DNA of 64,000 bases from NCBI GenBank assembly GCA_016699125.1, contig CP064961.1, forward strand, positions 920,281 through 984,280, given 5' to 3'. Position 1 is the first letter of the stretch. Each line of letters starts with the position of its first letter. The translations under genes were made by a program, and so were the position numbers. The notes beneath the pieces are model-generated. The model was not told where the DNA came from and did not search any database. It was given only the letters and a program-made list of their open reading frames with translations. This document shows, piece by piece, positions 51,454 through 61,207 of this stretch. Source of the stretch: a bacterium. GTDB taxonomy: Bacteria; Babelota; Babeliae; Babelales; Vermiphilaceae.

Positions 51454-51530
51454 TGGTGCGCCTGAAAGGAGTCGAACCTTTAGCCTTCAGATCCGTAGTC
51501 TGACGCTCTATCCAATTGAGCTACAGGCGC
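51454..51530 (-). tRNA. tRNA-Arg(ACG), CCA encoded
   Basis: GCGCCTGTAGCTCAATTGGATAGAGCGTCAGACTACGGATCTGAAGGCTAAAGGTTCGACTCCTTTCAGGCGCACCA has anticodon loop CTACGGA. Confidence 0.9.
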
Positions 51531-51545
51531 ATAATTTCAATGAAA

Positions 51546-51636
51546 TGGTGGAGAGAGAGGGATTCGAACCCTCGCGCCCAGTTTCCTAGACTCTTGCTTA
51601 GCAGGCAAGCGCTTTAAGCCACTCAGCCATCTCTCC
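51546..51636 (-). tRNA. tRNA-Ser(GCT), CCA encoded
   Basis: GGAGAGATGGCTGAGTGGCTTAAAGCGCTTGCCTGCTAAGCAAG... has anticodon loop CTGCTAA, a long variable arm, and T-arm GAGGGTTCGAATCCCTC. Confidence 0.9.
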
Positions 51637-51773
51637 GAAAAAGACATTTTAAATAGTTTGCAAGATAATAATACCTGATACAGTGTTTTTTGCAAATAAA
51701 TCTCACAAGCCCAAAAAATACCCACAAACCAACCTCACATTCTCAGGCTACGATTATTTGTTGCTCAATTTTA

Positions 51774-52850
51774 TCATTGAAATATGTTTTGTAAAAACCA
51801 CTCCTTTACCGCCTGCTCGGGACGATCAAGCTCAACTTTTATAGTTGGTTTATATCGCTCTCGGTTTTTCCTTTTTCGATTCTTGTAAACCTTTATTGGC
51901 AAAAACAACGCTCCCGTTTTGCTTGGCAAAATCTCTTTTCGACATTCCATATACACAGTATCATAGCCCGTTTCTGAACCGATCAATGTACATGAGCTTG
52001 CTGACGTAATCCGATCTAAAAAATCTAATGTTGCACTGGCGCAGTTCTGATCAATTAATACAATGATTTGCGCGCTACATTGGCATTCAGCTGGAGTAAT
52101 ATCTTCAGAATATTCATCTTTTAGATATGCATCATAAAAGATATGATCCTTGCTAAGCGCATCATCCATTCCTTTCTGTATTTTTAATACATTTTTATAT
52201 TCAGTTGAATGTACTCCAAATGCCTTTTCAATCAACGGAAGGACAGATCGAATATAATTGCAGTTTGCTTTACTTGCACGCCATCGAGCGTAGGTACTTT
52301 TTTCATATTCATAGGTTTTTGCTTGTATATAATCTTTACCAAATAATGCCTGACAGATCTTTTGACCCCAAAACGAACTTCCTCCACCATTGCCGCGAAT
52401 ATCGAAAATAATATACCGGTTATCACGCATCGAAGGTAATACTTGTATGAGGTTTTCCATGCCGTTTTTTTGTGCTCCATCAAGATCAAAAGTTGGAATG
52501 GCAATATATACCGTTTTTAAGTCGTCCCATTGCTTAAAAAAGATACTCCTTGAAACCGGTACAAGATTGTCAATTTTTTTGTTAGACTGATACGCAACCC
52601 TAAAATGGGGATCTTCAAATGAACTCATAAAATTTTTAATGGTTGCTTGTTGTTCTTTATGATTAATCAGATCTACTGCTGCAGTCACATATGCCCTGAT
52701 TAACCGCTTTGAAAACTCAGGATCTTCTGTATTGTATATTCCTGGATGATTTTCGACAGTTACTTGAAAAATAAAGTTAAGATCAACAAGGCATTCGCAT
52801 AAAGCACTTAAATGAATAGCAATTGTCATGAGACTAAAGCTTATTTTCAT
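51774..52850 (-). CDS. S41-family peptidase-like protein (C-terminal processing/tail-specific protease fold)
   Basis: 358 aa. IFDIRGNGGGSSF matches the S41 DLRNNGGG motif. Signal peptide. Confidence 0.6.
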   Translation of the reverse strand: MKISFSLMTIAIHLSALCECLVDLNFIFQVTVENHPGIYNTEDPEFSKRLIRAYVTAAVDLINHKEQQATIKNFMSSFEDPHFRVAYQSNKKIDNLVPVSRSIFFKQWDDLKTVYIAIPTFDLDGAQKNGMENLIQVLPSMRDNRYIIFDIRGNGGGSSFWGQKICQALFGKDYIQAKTYEYEKSTYARWRASKANCNYIRSVLPLIEKAFGVHSTEYKNVLKIQKGMDDALSKDHIFYDAYLKDEYSEDITPAECQCSAQIIVLIDQNCASATLDFLDRITSASSCTLIGSETGYDTVYMECRKEILPSKTGALFLPIKVYKNRKRKNRERYKPTIKVELDRPEQAVKEWFLQNIFQ

Positions 52851-54018
52851 TCATTACGCTCTCTTTCATTCCACATTTTTTTTCATTCTTTTTCTTACGC
52901 GTCATCAAGCTATGAATTTTATACACAGCAAGACAGACTGTGCCTGCCACTTCACTGATTAATGTACCTTTGAATACGTGTGAATAGGTTAAAAGACCAA
53001 AAACTGTTTGATTTGCCCGGCCGCCCAAAACTGATCTGCTGATCGATTCCAGGAATGAGATTTTTTCAGGCGCAGGTTTTAATGCTTGATCTTTTTGGCC
53101 AGGATATGAACCATTCTTTTTTTGGTCAGGTGGAAGGATAGCACCTAAAAGTTCCTTTTGACCTGAAGTAAGTTCAGTTTTATTTTTTTGCTTGGTTGTT
53201 ATTACCTCTTGATTGGCACTTATGACTTTTGAATGTAGCTGCATTATGTTCTTAGGATCACTATGTATCCGATCAGTGAAACCACGATCTAGGCCATACC
53301 TAAGTCCCGCTTTTTTTGCGACTATTTTTTCGTATCTTATACAGTCCTTAATATTTAGCGTGGCTTGGCTTGCTTCTTCAAACTCTTTTTTTAGGATTTT
53401 CTCATATTCTACCGGATCTTTTATCCAGGCCTTTTCCTTATCAATTTTTTGGCCAAGTGAGTCATAAAAATAGCCTATTATCGTTTTTTCATTTATTTTG
53501 ATTTTTCTTTCAAATTTTCTTTCAAATTGTCTGGTTAAAAAATCAAACTCTGCAAGAAGTTTAAACGAGTTGTTATCAAAGTCGTGATGGAGAGTGACAA
53601 TATTTTGATAAGTTTCATTGTCATTACATATTGTTTGAGAGATTTTTAGTCCTTCTTTTGCCAGATACAATCTGCAAAGGCTCCAACGCGGGTCATCTTC
53701 AAGTCCACGTTGATTCTGAGCATTAAAAAGCAATGGTTTGTAGTGAGTATAAAAATTGCTTGCAATATGATCCAGTTTTTCTTTTATGAGTGCTGTTAAT
53801 TCTTCTATTGATAATTGATTGATAGCTGCTTTATTGAGTTGTTTTTCGTGATATAAGTCAGAAGCAAGATCGCGTGTATTAGGAAGGCAATCAGTCGTGG
53901 CATGGTCGGCGTAAAAGAAGTCTGCGTTGATTTGCAAGAAGTGCAAACTACATAAAACTCCGACAAAAAGAACGACTTTTCTACTATTTTTCATGATTAT
54001 TCTTTTCAAAATAAGCAA
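52834..54018 (-). CDS. secreted C-terminally anchored protein, paralog 1
   Basis: 394 aa. Signal peptide. C-terminal SRSVLGGRANQTVFGLLTYSHVFKGTLISEVAGTVCLAVYKIHSLMTRKKK shared with the next ORF. Confidence 0.5.
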   Translation of the reverse strand: MLILKRIIMKNSRKVVLFVGVLCSLHFLQINADFFYADHATTDCLPNTRDLASDLYHEKQLNKAAINQLSIEELTALIKEKLDHIASNFYTHYKPLLFNAQNQRGLEDDPRWSLCRLYLAKEGLKISQTICNDNETYQNIVTLHHDFDNNSFKLLAEFDFLTRQFERKFERKIKINEKTIIGYFYDSLGQKIDKEKAWIKDPVEYEKILKKEFEEASQATLNIKDCIRYEKIVAKKAGLRYGLDRGFTDRIHSDPKNIMQLHSKVISANQEVITTKQKNKTELTSGQKELLGAILPPDQKKNGSYPGQKDQALKPAPEKISFLESISRSVLGGRANQTVFGLLTYSHVFKGTLISEVAGTVCLAVYKIHSLMTRKKKNEKKCGMKESVMNENKL

Positions 54019-55357
54019 CCTTTTTTGTCTCAGCTGTTTTTATCTTTGACTGATTCTTTTTGTTACGCGTCATCAGGCTATGAATTTTATATACAGCAAG
54101 ACAGACTGTGCCTGCCACTCCACTGATTAATGTACCTTTGAATACGTGTGAATAGGTTAAAAGCCCAAAAACTGTTTGATTTGCACGGCTGCCCAAAACT
54201 GATCTGCTGATCGATTCAAGCAATGAAACTTTTTCGGGCGCAGATTTTAATACTTCACCTGCTTGGCCAGGATCTAATTCATTTTTTCTTGGATCAGGTG
54301 AAAGGATATCATTTAAAAGTTCCTGTTTGTCTGATGTCGGTTCAGTTTTATTTTCTGATTCATTTAATGTTTCGTTTGTATTTTCATCTGAAACTTTGAA
54401 TTCGGTTGATTCATTCTTGCTTTGTTCGCCAGAGCCATGATTAGTGTCTGAGATTGTCGATATTTTGTGATTATCTATAATTTCTTCCTTGATATCTTGG
54501 CCTTGCTTGGCAGTTACATTTTTCTCGTATGCTTCCATTATTGTAGGGAGGTCATACTCCATTCTGTTACGTTCTTCGCCAGTGTGCTCGTTGATTTCGT
54601 AAAAACCATAATTTGTGGTATTGAAACGATGTTTTCTTTCATTTGATGTGTACAGCGTTTTGATTAGTCGAAATCTGTCAGGCGCTTTTTTTTCAGCGTC
54701 TATGCAAGAATGTACTTCTTTTCCAAGGTATCGTGCTTCTGCTAGCGTAAGCTTAAGCATTTTTTGATATTCTACCGGGTCTTTTATATAAGCCTGTTCT
54801 TTTTCAATTGCTTTTTCAAGAGAATCATAAAGATATTCATTTATGTTTTTTCCATCAATCTTAAGATCTGCTGCAAAAATGTCATTCAAAAAGTTGATCT
54901 CTACCAGAAGTTTGTATGGATTATTCTCAAAATAATTATTTTTATTGATAATATTTCGATAGGTTTCATTGTGTACACACATTTTTTGTGATATCTTTAG
55001 CCCTTCTTTTCCTGCGTATGTTCTAAAAAGTCTCCACCTCATATCATCTTCAAGGTCACGTACAGTCTTATCGTTAAAAAGTAATTTCTTATTTTTATCA
55101 TAAAAATCTTTTATAACGTAATCTAATTTTTCTTTTGCAATTTCTGTTACTTTTTCTTTTGATAATGTACGGATAGCTTTTTCGTTAAGGAGCTTATGAT
55201 TGTGCCAGCAAGTCTTGAGATAGCTTGTATCGGGAATGCCTAGTGTAGTTTTATAGTTATCTGAAAATGATGCGTGCGAGTGCAAGGATGGGCGAATTTG
55301 TACGTACGAACTACATAAAATACTGACAAACAATACTAATTTTTTAATATTTTTCAT
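53984..55357 (-). CDS. secreted C-terminally anchored protein, paralog 2
   Basis: 457 aa. Shared AGKEGLKISQ, KDPVEYQKMLK and identical C-terminal anchor. Overlaps the downstream paralog by 35 nt. Confidence 0.5.
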   Translation of the reverse strand: MKNIKKLVLFVSILCSSYVQIRPSLHSHASFSDNYKTTLGIPDTSYLKTCWHNHKLLNEKAIRTLSKEKVTEIAKEKLDYVIKDFYDKNKKLLFNDKTVRDLEDDMRWRLFRTYAGKEGLKISQKMCVHNETYRNIINKNNYFENNPYKLLVEINFLNDIFAADLKIDGKNINEYLYDSLEKAIEKEQAYIKDPVEYQKMLKLTLAEARYLGKEVHSCIDAEKKAPDRFRLIKTLYTSNERKHRFNTTNYGFYEINEHTGEERNRMEYDLPTIMEAYEKNVTAKQGQDIKEEIIDNHKISTISDTNHGSGEQSKNESTEFKVSDENTNETLNESENKTEPTSDKQELLNDILSPDPRKNELDPGQAGEVLKSAPEKVSLLESISRSVLGSRANQTVFGLLTYSHVFKGTLISGVAGTVCLAVYKIHSLMTRNKKNQSKIKTAETKKVAYFEKNNHEK

Positions 55358-55525
55358 TATAATTCCATTATTTTGTTAATTTTTTTAAATAAAAATAGAA
55401 ATCATGTCAAATATAGCGTATCGGTTATTTTGAAATTGTCAATAAATCGTTCGTTATTTAACTAGATGTTACAAGCCATTGCAAGTTTGCCACTATCCTT
55501 GTAAATTGGAACTGTAGATTCCAAA

Positions 55526-56674
55526 TTGCAAGGATGTTTTCAAATGGACCGTCTTTATTGGCTAAAAAAGATTGCAGATGAGCTTTCTGTCCATCCTGCT
55601 TGTGCCCTTTTGGGGCCCCGCCAGGTTGGCAAAACAACGTTGGCAAAAGAATATGCAAAAAATGTTAAAACCGTTCACCTATTTGATCTTGAAAATCCTC
55701 TGGACCTTGCGCGGCTTGAAAACCCGATGCTTGCATTTGGTAGTCTGGCGGTTGATCTTATTATTATTGACGAAATTCAGTTGCGTCCCGACCTGTTTCC
55801 CGTTTTGCGAGTTCTGGTTGATCAAAAGACTCATCGATTTTTGATTTTGGGCAGCGCATCACGTGATCTATTAAAACAGTCGTCAGAAACGCTGGCGGGG
55901 CGGATCGGGTACATTGAGCTGACGCCTTTTTGGTTGACTGAAACAAAAAATCACGATCAGCAGTGGTTGCGTGGCGGGTTTCCGTTGTCATACCTGGCAG
56001 CCAGGGATGAGCAGAGTTTTCGGTGGCGACAGGCTTATATTGCAACGTTTATGGAGCGTGACATTCCGTCACTCGGCTTTGCCATCCCACCCGCTTTGAT
56101 GCGACGATTATGGATGATGATTGCGCATGTGCATGGATCCATTTTAAATGCCACCGATCTGGGCCGTGGTTTGGATCTTACGCATCACACGGTTTTAAAA
56201 TACATCGATATTTTGGAAGGCACGTTTATGGTTCGTGTTTTGCGACCTTGGTTTGAAAATATCTCCAAAAGGCAGGTAAAATCACCGAAACTCTATATTC
56301 GTGACTCGGGAATTTTGCATGCGTTGCTTTCAATTTCACAGCCTGAAGCATTGTATGTGTACCCAAAACTTGGTGCGTCGTGGGAAGGCTTTGCACTGGA
56401 AACGATCATCAATCAGTATGAGTTGCAGTCGCACGATTGCTATTTTTGGTCAACTCAAGGTGGTGCGGAGCTTGATCTTTTTACTATCAAAAATGGCAAA
56501 AGGTTAGGTTTTGAATTCAAATACACCGATTCGCCCAAAATTACCAGGTCAATGCATGTGGCCTTGCAAGATCTTGCATTAGACCATTTGTATATCGTCT
56601 GGCCGCACGAACAGACATTTTCCCTGGCTGAAAATATCACCGTGCTTGGATTGAAAAACCTGCAGCCACTTTGA
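55526..56674 (+). CDS. AAA ATPase with DUF4143 (AAA_14 + DUF4143 family)
   Basis: 382 aa. Walker A LLGPRQVGKTTL, Walker B LIIIDEIQ. C-terminal region matches the fragment at 22843-23295. Confidence 0.8.
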   Translation: MQGCFQMDRLYWLKKIADELSVHPACALLGPRQVGKTTLAKEYAKNVKTVHLFDLENPLDLARLENPMLAFGSLAVDLIIIDEIQLRPDLFPVLRVLVDQKTHRFLILGSASRDLLKQSSETLAGRIGYIELTPFWLTETKNHDQQWLRGGFPLSYLAARDEQSFRWRQAYIATFMERDIPSLGFAIPPALMRRLWMMIAHVHGSILNATDLGRGLDLTHHTVLKYIDILEGTFMVRVLRPWFENISKRQVKSPKLYIRDSGILHALLSISQPEALYVYPKLGASWEGFALETIINQYELQSHDCYFWSTQGGAELDLFTIKNGKRLGFEFKYTDSPKITRSMHVALQDLALDHLYIVWPHEQTFSLAENITVLGLKNLQPL

Positions 56675-57040
56675 TGAATTGAATGTTTTTTGATTTAAGC
56701 ATTCAGGACTAGATTACTGTTTTGGGCAGCTGGAGCTGGATGGTTTGGGACAGCGTCGATTTTTACTGTTTGTTTTTTCTGCTTTTCTTTGTATGCCTGA
56801 TACCATTTTTTGCAGGTGGCTACGACAAAATAACCGGCCGTCAAAACGGTTGCGGTGATCAATGAGGCTCCGACCGGAGTTTTTGCTGCTAAGTATGCAA
56901 AATGCTTTTCAGATGGCAACAAACCAAACAGTTTCATTGACAGCCATGTTTTTGGTGCAGTGGCAAATGCGCCAGGTTCGTTTAAAAGGACGCGGACGCC
57001 ATGTTTGAAATTTCTTGCACGTTTGGGCATTGATGGATAT
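56230..57040. repeat. inverted partner of the 22487-23300 segmental duplication
   Basis: See 22487-23300. Confidence 0.8.
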
Positions 57041-57321
57041 GTCTGGTTTCTTTTTACACCGTCAATACTCAGATTTACTTTATTTTCAGAATAAAATGTG
57101 TGCATCGATTCTGCAAGTTCAATTTTTTTTGCGATAGATATATGTTGATTATCAATGATAAATGCTAGGTCTGCTTTAGTTTCTTGTATATGTGAACAAA
57201 TTGCATTAAAGTCATCTGGTCTTCTTATAATTTCTGCGGTATTAACTATAACTCCATCCTCTAAATGAGCATATTCGTGACTTAAAAGTGCTGTTATTTC
57301 ATTGTCTGACAATGTACTCAC
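56695..57321 (-). CDS. HExxH-motif membrane protein, paralog of 22049-22822
   Basis: 208 aa. LLSHEYAHLEDG. C-terminal 110 aa ~95% identical to the 22049 protein, N-terminal part divergent. Confidence 0.55.
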   Translation of the reverse strand: MSTLSDNEITALLSHEYAHLEDGVIVNTAEIIRRPDDFNAICSHIQETKADLAFIIDNQHISIAKKIELAESMHTFYSENKVNLSIDGVKRNQTYPSMPKRARNFKHGVRVLLNEPGAFATAPKTWLSMKLFGLLPSEKHFAYLAAKTPVGASLITATVLTAGYFVVATCKKWYQAYKEKQKKQTVKIDAVPNHPAPAAQNSNLVLNA

Positions 57322-57349
57322 GCTTTTATCTATGGCACACTGAAATAGT

Positions 57350-58222
57350 AAGGTGTGTCCTCAATTTGAAATGAGGTAATGACGTTGCATTTTCACTACA
57401 AAATGATAAGTTTTTTGTATCAGAAATCAGCAACGAGGATAAGCAATGGTACGTCGAGTTATTACAGACAGTATTTGGTCACAACTAGAAGAGATACTAT
57501 GTAAACATGGATGCCACCTGTGGGGCAATGAGCGGAATATAATGGAAGCAATCCTTTGGAAATTGCGGACTGGAGGACCATGGAGGGATATTCCATCCGA
57601 ATTTTGTCCGTGGCAAACAGCATTTAATCGATTTAATCGTTGGTCAAAAAAGGGCTATGGGAAGGTTTTTTTTTATGCTACGAAAAGAAGTTGATAAAGA
57701 ATGGGTATTCGCCGACGGAAGTTATGTTAGAGCTCACCAACATGCGACTGGAGCTCAGCGTGGTCAAGAGCGAGCAATTGGAAGATCCGCTGGTGGACTT
57801 ACTACAAAGATTCATATGTGCACCGATGCGCATGGAAATCCGCTCAATTTTAAAATCACTGGGGGTCAAGTGCACGATTCAAAGGTTGCAAACGAATTAA
57901 TCGACCTGGCCGAAGGAGCGGAATATTTTATCGCTGACAAAGGCTATGATGCTGATAGTATTCGTATCTATGGACGGACAAAAGGAATGCAAGTAATTAT
58001 ACCAAAAAGAAAAACAGCACTAGACCAGATCCAGAATTTGATGCTCATTTGTATAAAAATCGACACTTAGTTGAAAATCTTTTTGCACGACTCAAGCATT
58101 TTCGTGGCATTGCTATGCGTTTTGAAAAACTTGCTAGAAACTTCCAATCTATGCTCTACATCGCATCTATGCACATATGGTTGAAGCTTTTATGCCCTAC
58201 TAATTAAATTGAGGACACACCT
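57350..58222 (+). mobile_element. IS5-family (IS427-group-like) insertion sequence with 18-bp inverted repeats and probable 3-bp target duplication AGT
   Basis: aaggtgtgtcctcaattt at 57350-57367 and its reverse complement at 58205-58222. agt immediately outside both ends. orfA 57446-57694 and orfB 57657-58070 overlap in different frames (frameshift-fusion type). Confidence 0.75.
57446..58070 (+). CDS. IS5-family transposase OrfAB (two overlapping frames, probable programmed -1 frameshift)
   Basis: OrfA is MVRRVITDSIWSQLEEIL...GGPWRDIP. OrfB is ...ADGSYVRAHQHATGA...FIADKGYDADSIR. Typical of IS427/IS1031-type transposases. Confidence 0.75.
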
Positions 58223-59065
58223 TAGTTTGTTCGATTCGTCTTCTGTTGGTATTATTACTGGTCGTATCCCTAGGGGCTGATTTTCATTTCCAGAGGTTAT
58301 TGTAAATACGATTAACTGGGTGTCAAGTCCTAAATTTTCTGCAATAGTTAAAATGCGTTTCAAAAATTCTGTATTTCCACCATCATAATGGGGGAGTCCT
58401 AATGTTTTAATTGTATTTTTAGATTCTTTCCTTGATTCTTCAATTTTTTCCAAAGATAACGCAGAATCAAGTGCTATATGAAGATCATTTTCTTTTGTTT
58501 TATTTATAAGCTCATTAGGGGTTTTTTCAATTTCTTTTATCCTTCTTTCGAGTGATTTTACTTCTGAAGCAGTTTTGATTTTTAGGTTCATAAATTCTTT
58601 AAGTTCTTTTACTGAATGTGGTTTATTTTTTTTATAGCCATTTTCATGATTTAGTAAAAATTGATAAAGGCTAGCAGGCCGCAGTAAGAAATCCATTTGA
58701 ATCAATTGATTATCAAGGGTTATTTTTGTGATTTTTGCCATTTTAATTAAATTTTTGCAATCCTCATCTGTATGCTTTTCAATTGTAGATATTTCTGAAG
58801 TGAAAATTTTTATTGCTTTATTATAATCATTTTCTCTTTGTTCTACTACCTTGATCAAAGCGATTAAATTATGTTTTTGAAAAAACTGTTTTATAGTTAT
58901 TTCTTTTGTCTTTTGTGCTTCCAAAGTTGTAATAAGTTCAGAAATATTTTGAAGAGCTTCAGTTTTTAAGTTAGCACTATGCTCTTCAGAAAGCGGTGTT
59001 TGTTCATGTGAAAATAGAACTATAAAACTGAAAAAACAAAAAAAAATAGATAACAAATACTTCAT
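58190..59065 (-). CDS. secreted coiled-coil hypothetical protein
   Basis: 291 aa. Signal peptide, Lys/Glu-rich helical body. Confidence 0.45.
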   Translation of the reverse strand: MKYLLSIFFCFFSFIVLFSHEQTPLSEEHSANLKTEALQNISELITTLEAQKTKEITIKQFFQKHNLIALIKVVEQRENDYNKAIKIFTSEISTIEKHTDEDCKNLIKMAKITKITLDNQLIQMDFLLRPASLYQFLLNHENGYKKNKPHSVKELKEFMNLKIKTASEVKSLERRIKEIEKTPNELINKTKENDLHIALDSALSLEKIEESRKESKNTIKTLGLPHYDGGNTEFLKRILTIAENLGLDTQLIVFTITSGNENQPLGIRPVIIPTEDESNKLRCVLNLISRA

Positions 59066-59233
59066 ATCAACCTTATTTTAAAATTTTAATTGTAATAAAT
59101 TTTTGAAACTTTTCTAAATATATATGCTTTTATTTTATACAAAATACCTTTTTAGTCAATTTGCGTTTATCCTCGTATACTTTATACTGTTACCTGCAGT
59201 GTATGCCTATTTCAATTAACAGCTTGGGTTCTC

Positions 59234-61147
59234 ATGTCGATCATTCAAAAACTTCCATTACACGAGATTCACAAGATCGCCGCAGGCCAGGTGGTCGAAC
59301 GGCCGGCCAGTGTGGCAAAAGAGCTTATTGAAAATGCGTTGGATGCTGGTGCAACGGAGATTACCATCCATATCAAACAGGGTGGCAAAACGTTAATTCG
59401 TGTTCTGGATAACGGCAAAGGCATGGATCCTGACGATGCGCAGTTCTGTTTTGAGAAGCATGCAACGAGTAAAATTCGCTCGGTGGACGAACTATCTACC
59501 ATTGATACTTTTGGATTTCGTGGCGAGGCATTGCCAAGTATTGCGGCGGTGAGTAAAGTGACGCTTGTCACGCGGACAGCTGATGCGTCTTATGCATGCA
59601 AAGTAACGGTTGAAAACGGCATTATCTCCTCCCAAGAGGCTGCAGGCAATCAGGGTACCGATGTTTTGGTTGCCGATCTTTTTTATAACACGCCTGCACG
59701 ATTAAAATTCTGCAAAAGCGACCAGACGGAACAGCGGCATATTGTCAGTCTTGTGCATGCGTTTGCTTTGTCGCATGAGCAGGTTGCTTTTAAGCTGTAT
59801 GCAGATGATGTTTTGATTTTAAATGCAACGGCTACGACAGATATAAAAATGCGGCTGTTACAGATTTTGCCATCCAGTTTTGAACAATCGGGCCTGATTG
59901 CGTTTGAGAAAGTGTTTACTGCAAAAGGTTTTTCAATAAAAGGGTATATCACGCATCATCAGTTTGGTACCTATGACCGTTCGCTTATTTTCAGTTTTGT
60001 GAATGGACGATGGGTGAAAAATTTTGGACTTGCAGGCGCGTTTATCAAAGGCTGCAAACAGGTCATTCCTGCAGGCAAATTCCCTGCAGGTGTTATTATC
60101 ATTACGATCGATAAAAAGCTCGTTGATATCAACACGCATCCGCGAAAAGAGGAGGTTGTGTTTGCGCATCCGAAAATGGTTGAAAGTGCGATTGAATCAA
60201 CCGTTACAGAGCTTTTTTCAGATCAGATGTCACAAAAAATCGGTTATGCGCCATTTTCTGCTCTGCAGAACTCATCTGAACCACGATCACCGTTTGCTTA
60301 TAAACCGTTTGAGCAATCGGCTCGTTTTGAGGCAGATGTAATGCCTTCGTTTGGGCATACAATTTCGTCGCAATCAGGCCATGAAAGTTCTCAAGAATCT
60401 GGTTTTGAATCAAATACGGATAATCAACCAGGTATGCGGGAAAATAGAACAGAAGCTGCGACACACACTGAACCATTTTTTGATATTCTAAAAACAGATT
60501 CTGCTGAACAGGCAGATTTAAAACAGTCACATCTTTTGCATAATGATACGTTTGATCTGCAGTTGACTAGCCAACGTTTTGTAGGACAGCTGTTTGATAC
60601 CTATCTTTTGATAGAACGTGCTGACGAGCTTTTTATTGTCGACCAACATGCCGCACACGAACGAGTTTTATTTGAACGGCTCCATGATGCCGCTCAAAAA
60701 CCTGAACCGGTTGCACTGCTTTTTGCGCATACGATACATCTGAGTGAAGCAAAGCTTGAGCTTTTGGTACCTTTTTTGCATCTGTTGGAACAGCAGGCGA
60801 TTATTGCAGAGCCGTTTGATACGCAACAACTTCTGATCAAGGCGATGCCAGTCTATCTGAAAGATGCAAATCTGGATGAACTGGTACATGAGTTTATTAC
60901 ACTGATTGAAAAAGATGAACAAATCGAAGAAAAAGATTTTTTATACACAGTGACCTACAATTTGCATGCTCAAATTGCATGTAAAGCTGCAGTAAAAGCG
61001 GGATATAAACTGGATACGCATTTTGTAAATCAGCTATTAAAAGATCTGCGTAGCACAAAAGACTGTTTTTCCTGTCCGCATGGCAGACCAACGGGGTGGA
61101 CGATTACGAAAAATGAATTAGAAAAAAAGTTTAAAAGAAAAGTGTAG
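59234..61147 (+). CDS. mutL: DNA mismatch repair protein MutL (endonuclease-type)
   Basis: GHKL ATPase N-terminus (ELIENALDAGAT, GFRGEAL). C-terminal endonuclease motifs DQHAAHERVLFE and CPHGRP. Confidence 0.9.
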   Translation: MSIIQKLPLHEIHKIAAGQVVERPASVAKELIENALDAGATEITIHIKQGGKTLIRVLDNGKGMDPDDAQFCFEKHATSKIRSVDELSTIDTFGFRGEALPSIAAVSKVTLVTRTADASYACKVTVENGIISSQEAAGNQGTDVLVADLFYNTPARLKFCKSDQTEQRHIVSLVHAFALSHEQVAFKLYADDVLILNATATTDIKMRLLQILPSSFEQSGLIAFEKVFTAKGFSIKGYITHHQFGTYDRSLIFSFVNGRWVKNFGLAGAFIKGCKQVIPAGKFPAGVIIITIDKKLVDINTHPRKEEVVFAHPKMVESAIESTVTELFSDQMSQKIGYAPFSALQNSSEPRSPFAYKPFEQSARFEADVMPSFGHTISSQSGHESSQESGFESNTDNQPGMRENRTEAATHTEPFFDILKTDSAEQADLKQSHLLHNDTFDLQLTSQRFVGQLFDTYLLIERADELFIVDQHAAHERVLFERLHDAAQKPEPVALLFAHTIHLSEAKLELLVPFLHLLEQQAIIAEPFDTQQLLIKAMPVYLKDANLDELVHEFITLIEKDEQIEEKDFLYTVTYNLHAQIACKAAVKAGYKLDTHFVNQLLKDLRSTKDCFSCPHGRPTGWTITKNELEKKFKRKV

Positions 61148-61207
61148 AACCTTAAAATTGGTTCTTATAATTGCAATACAAAATATTCAGTTATCAAAAC
61201 AAGGAGT

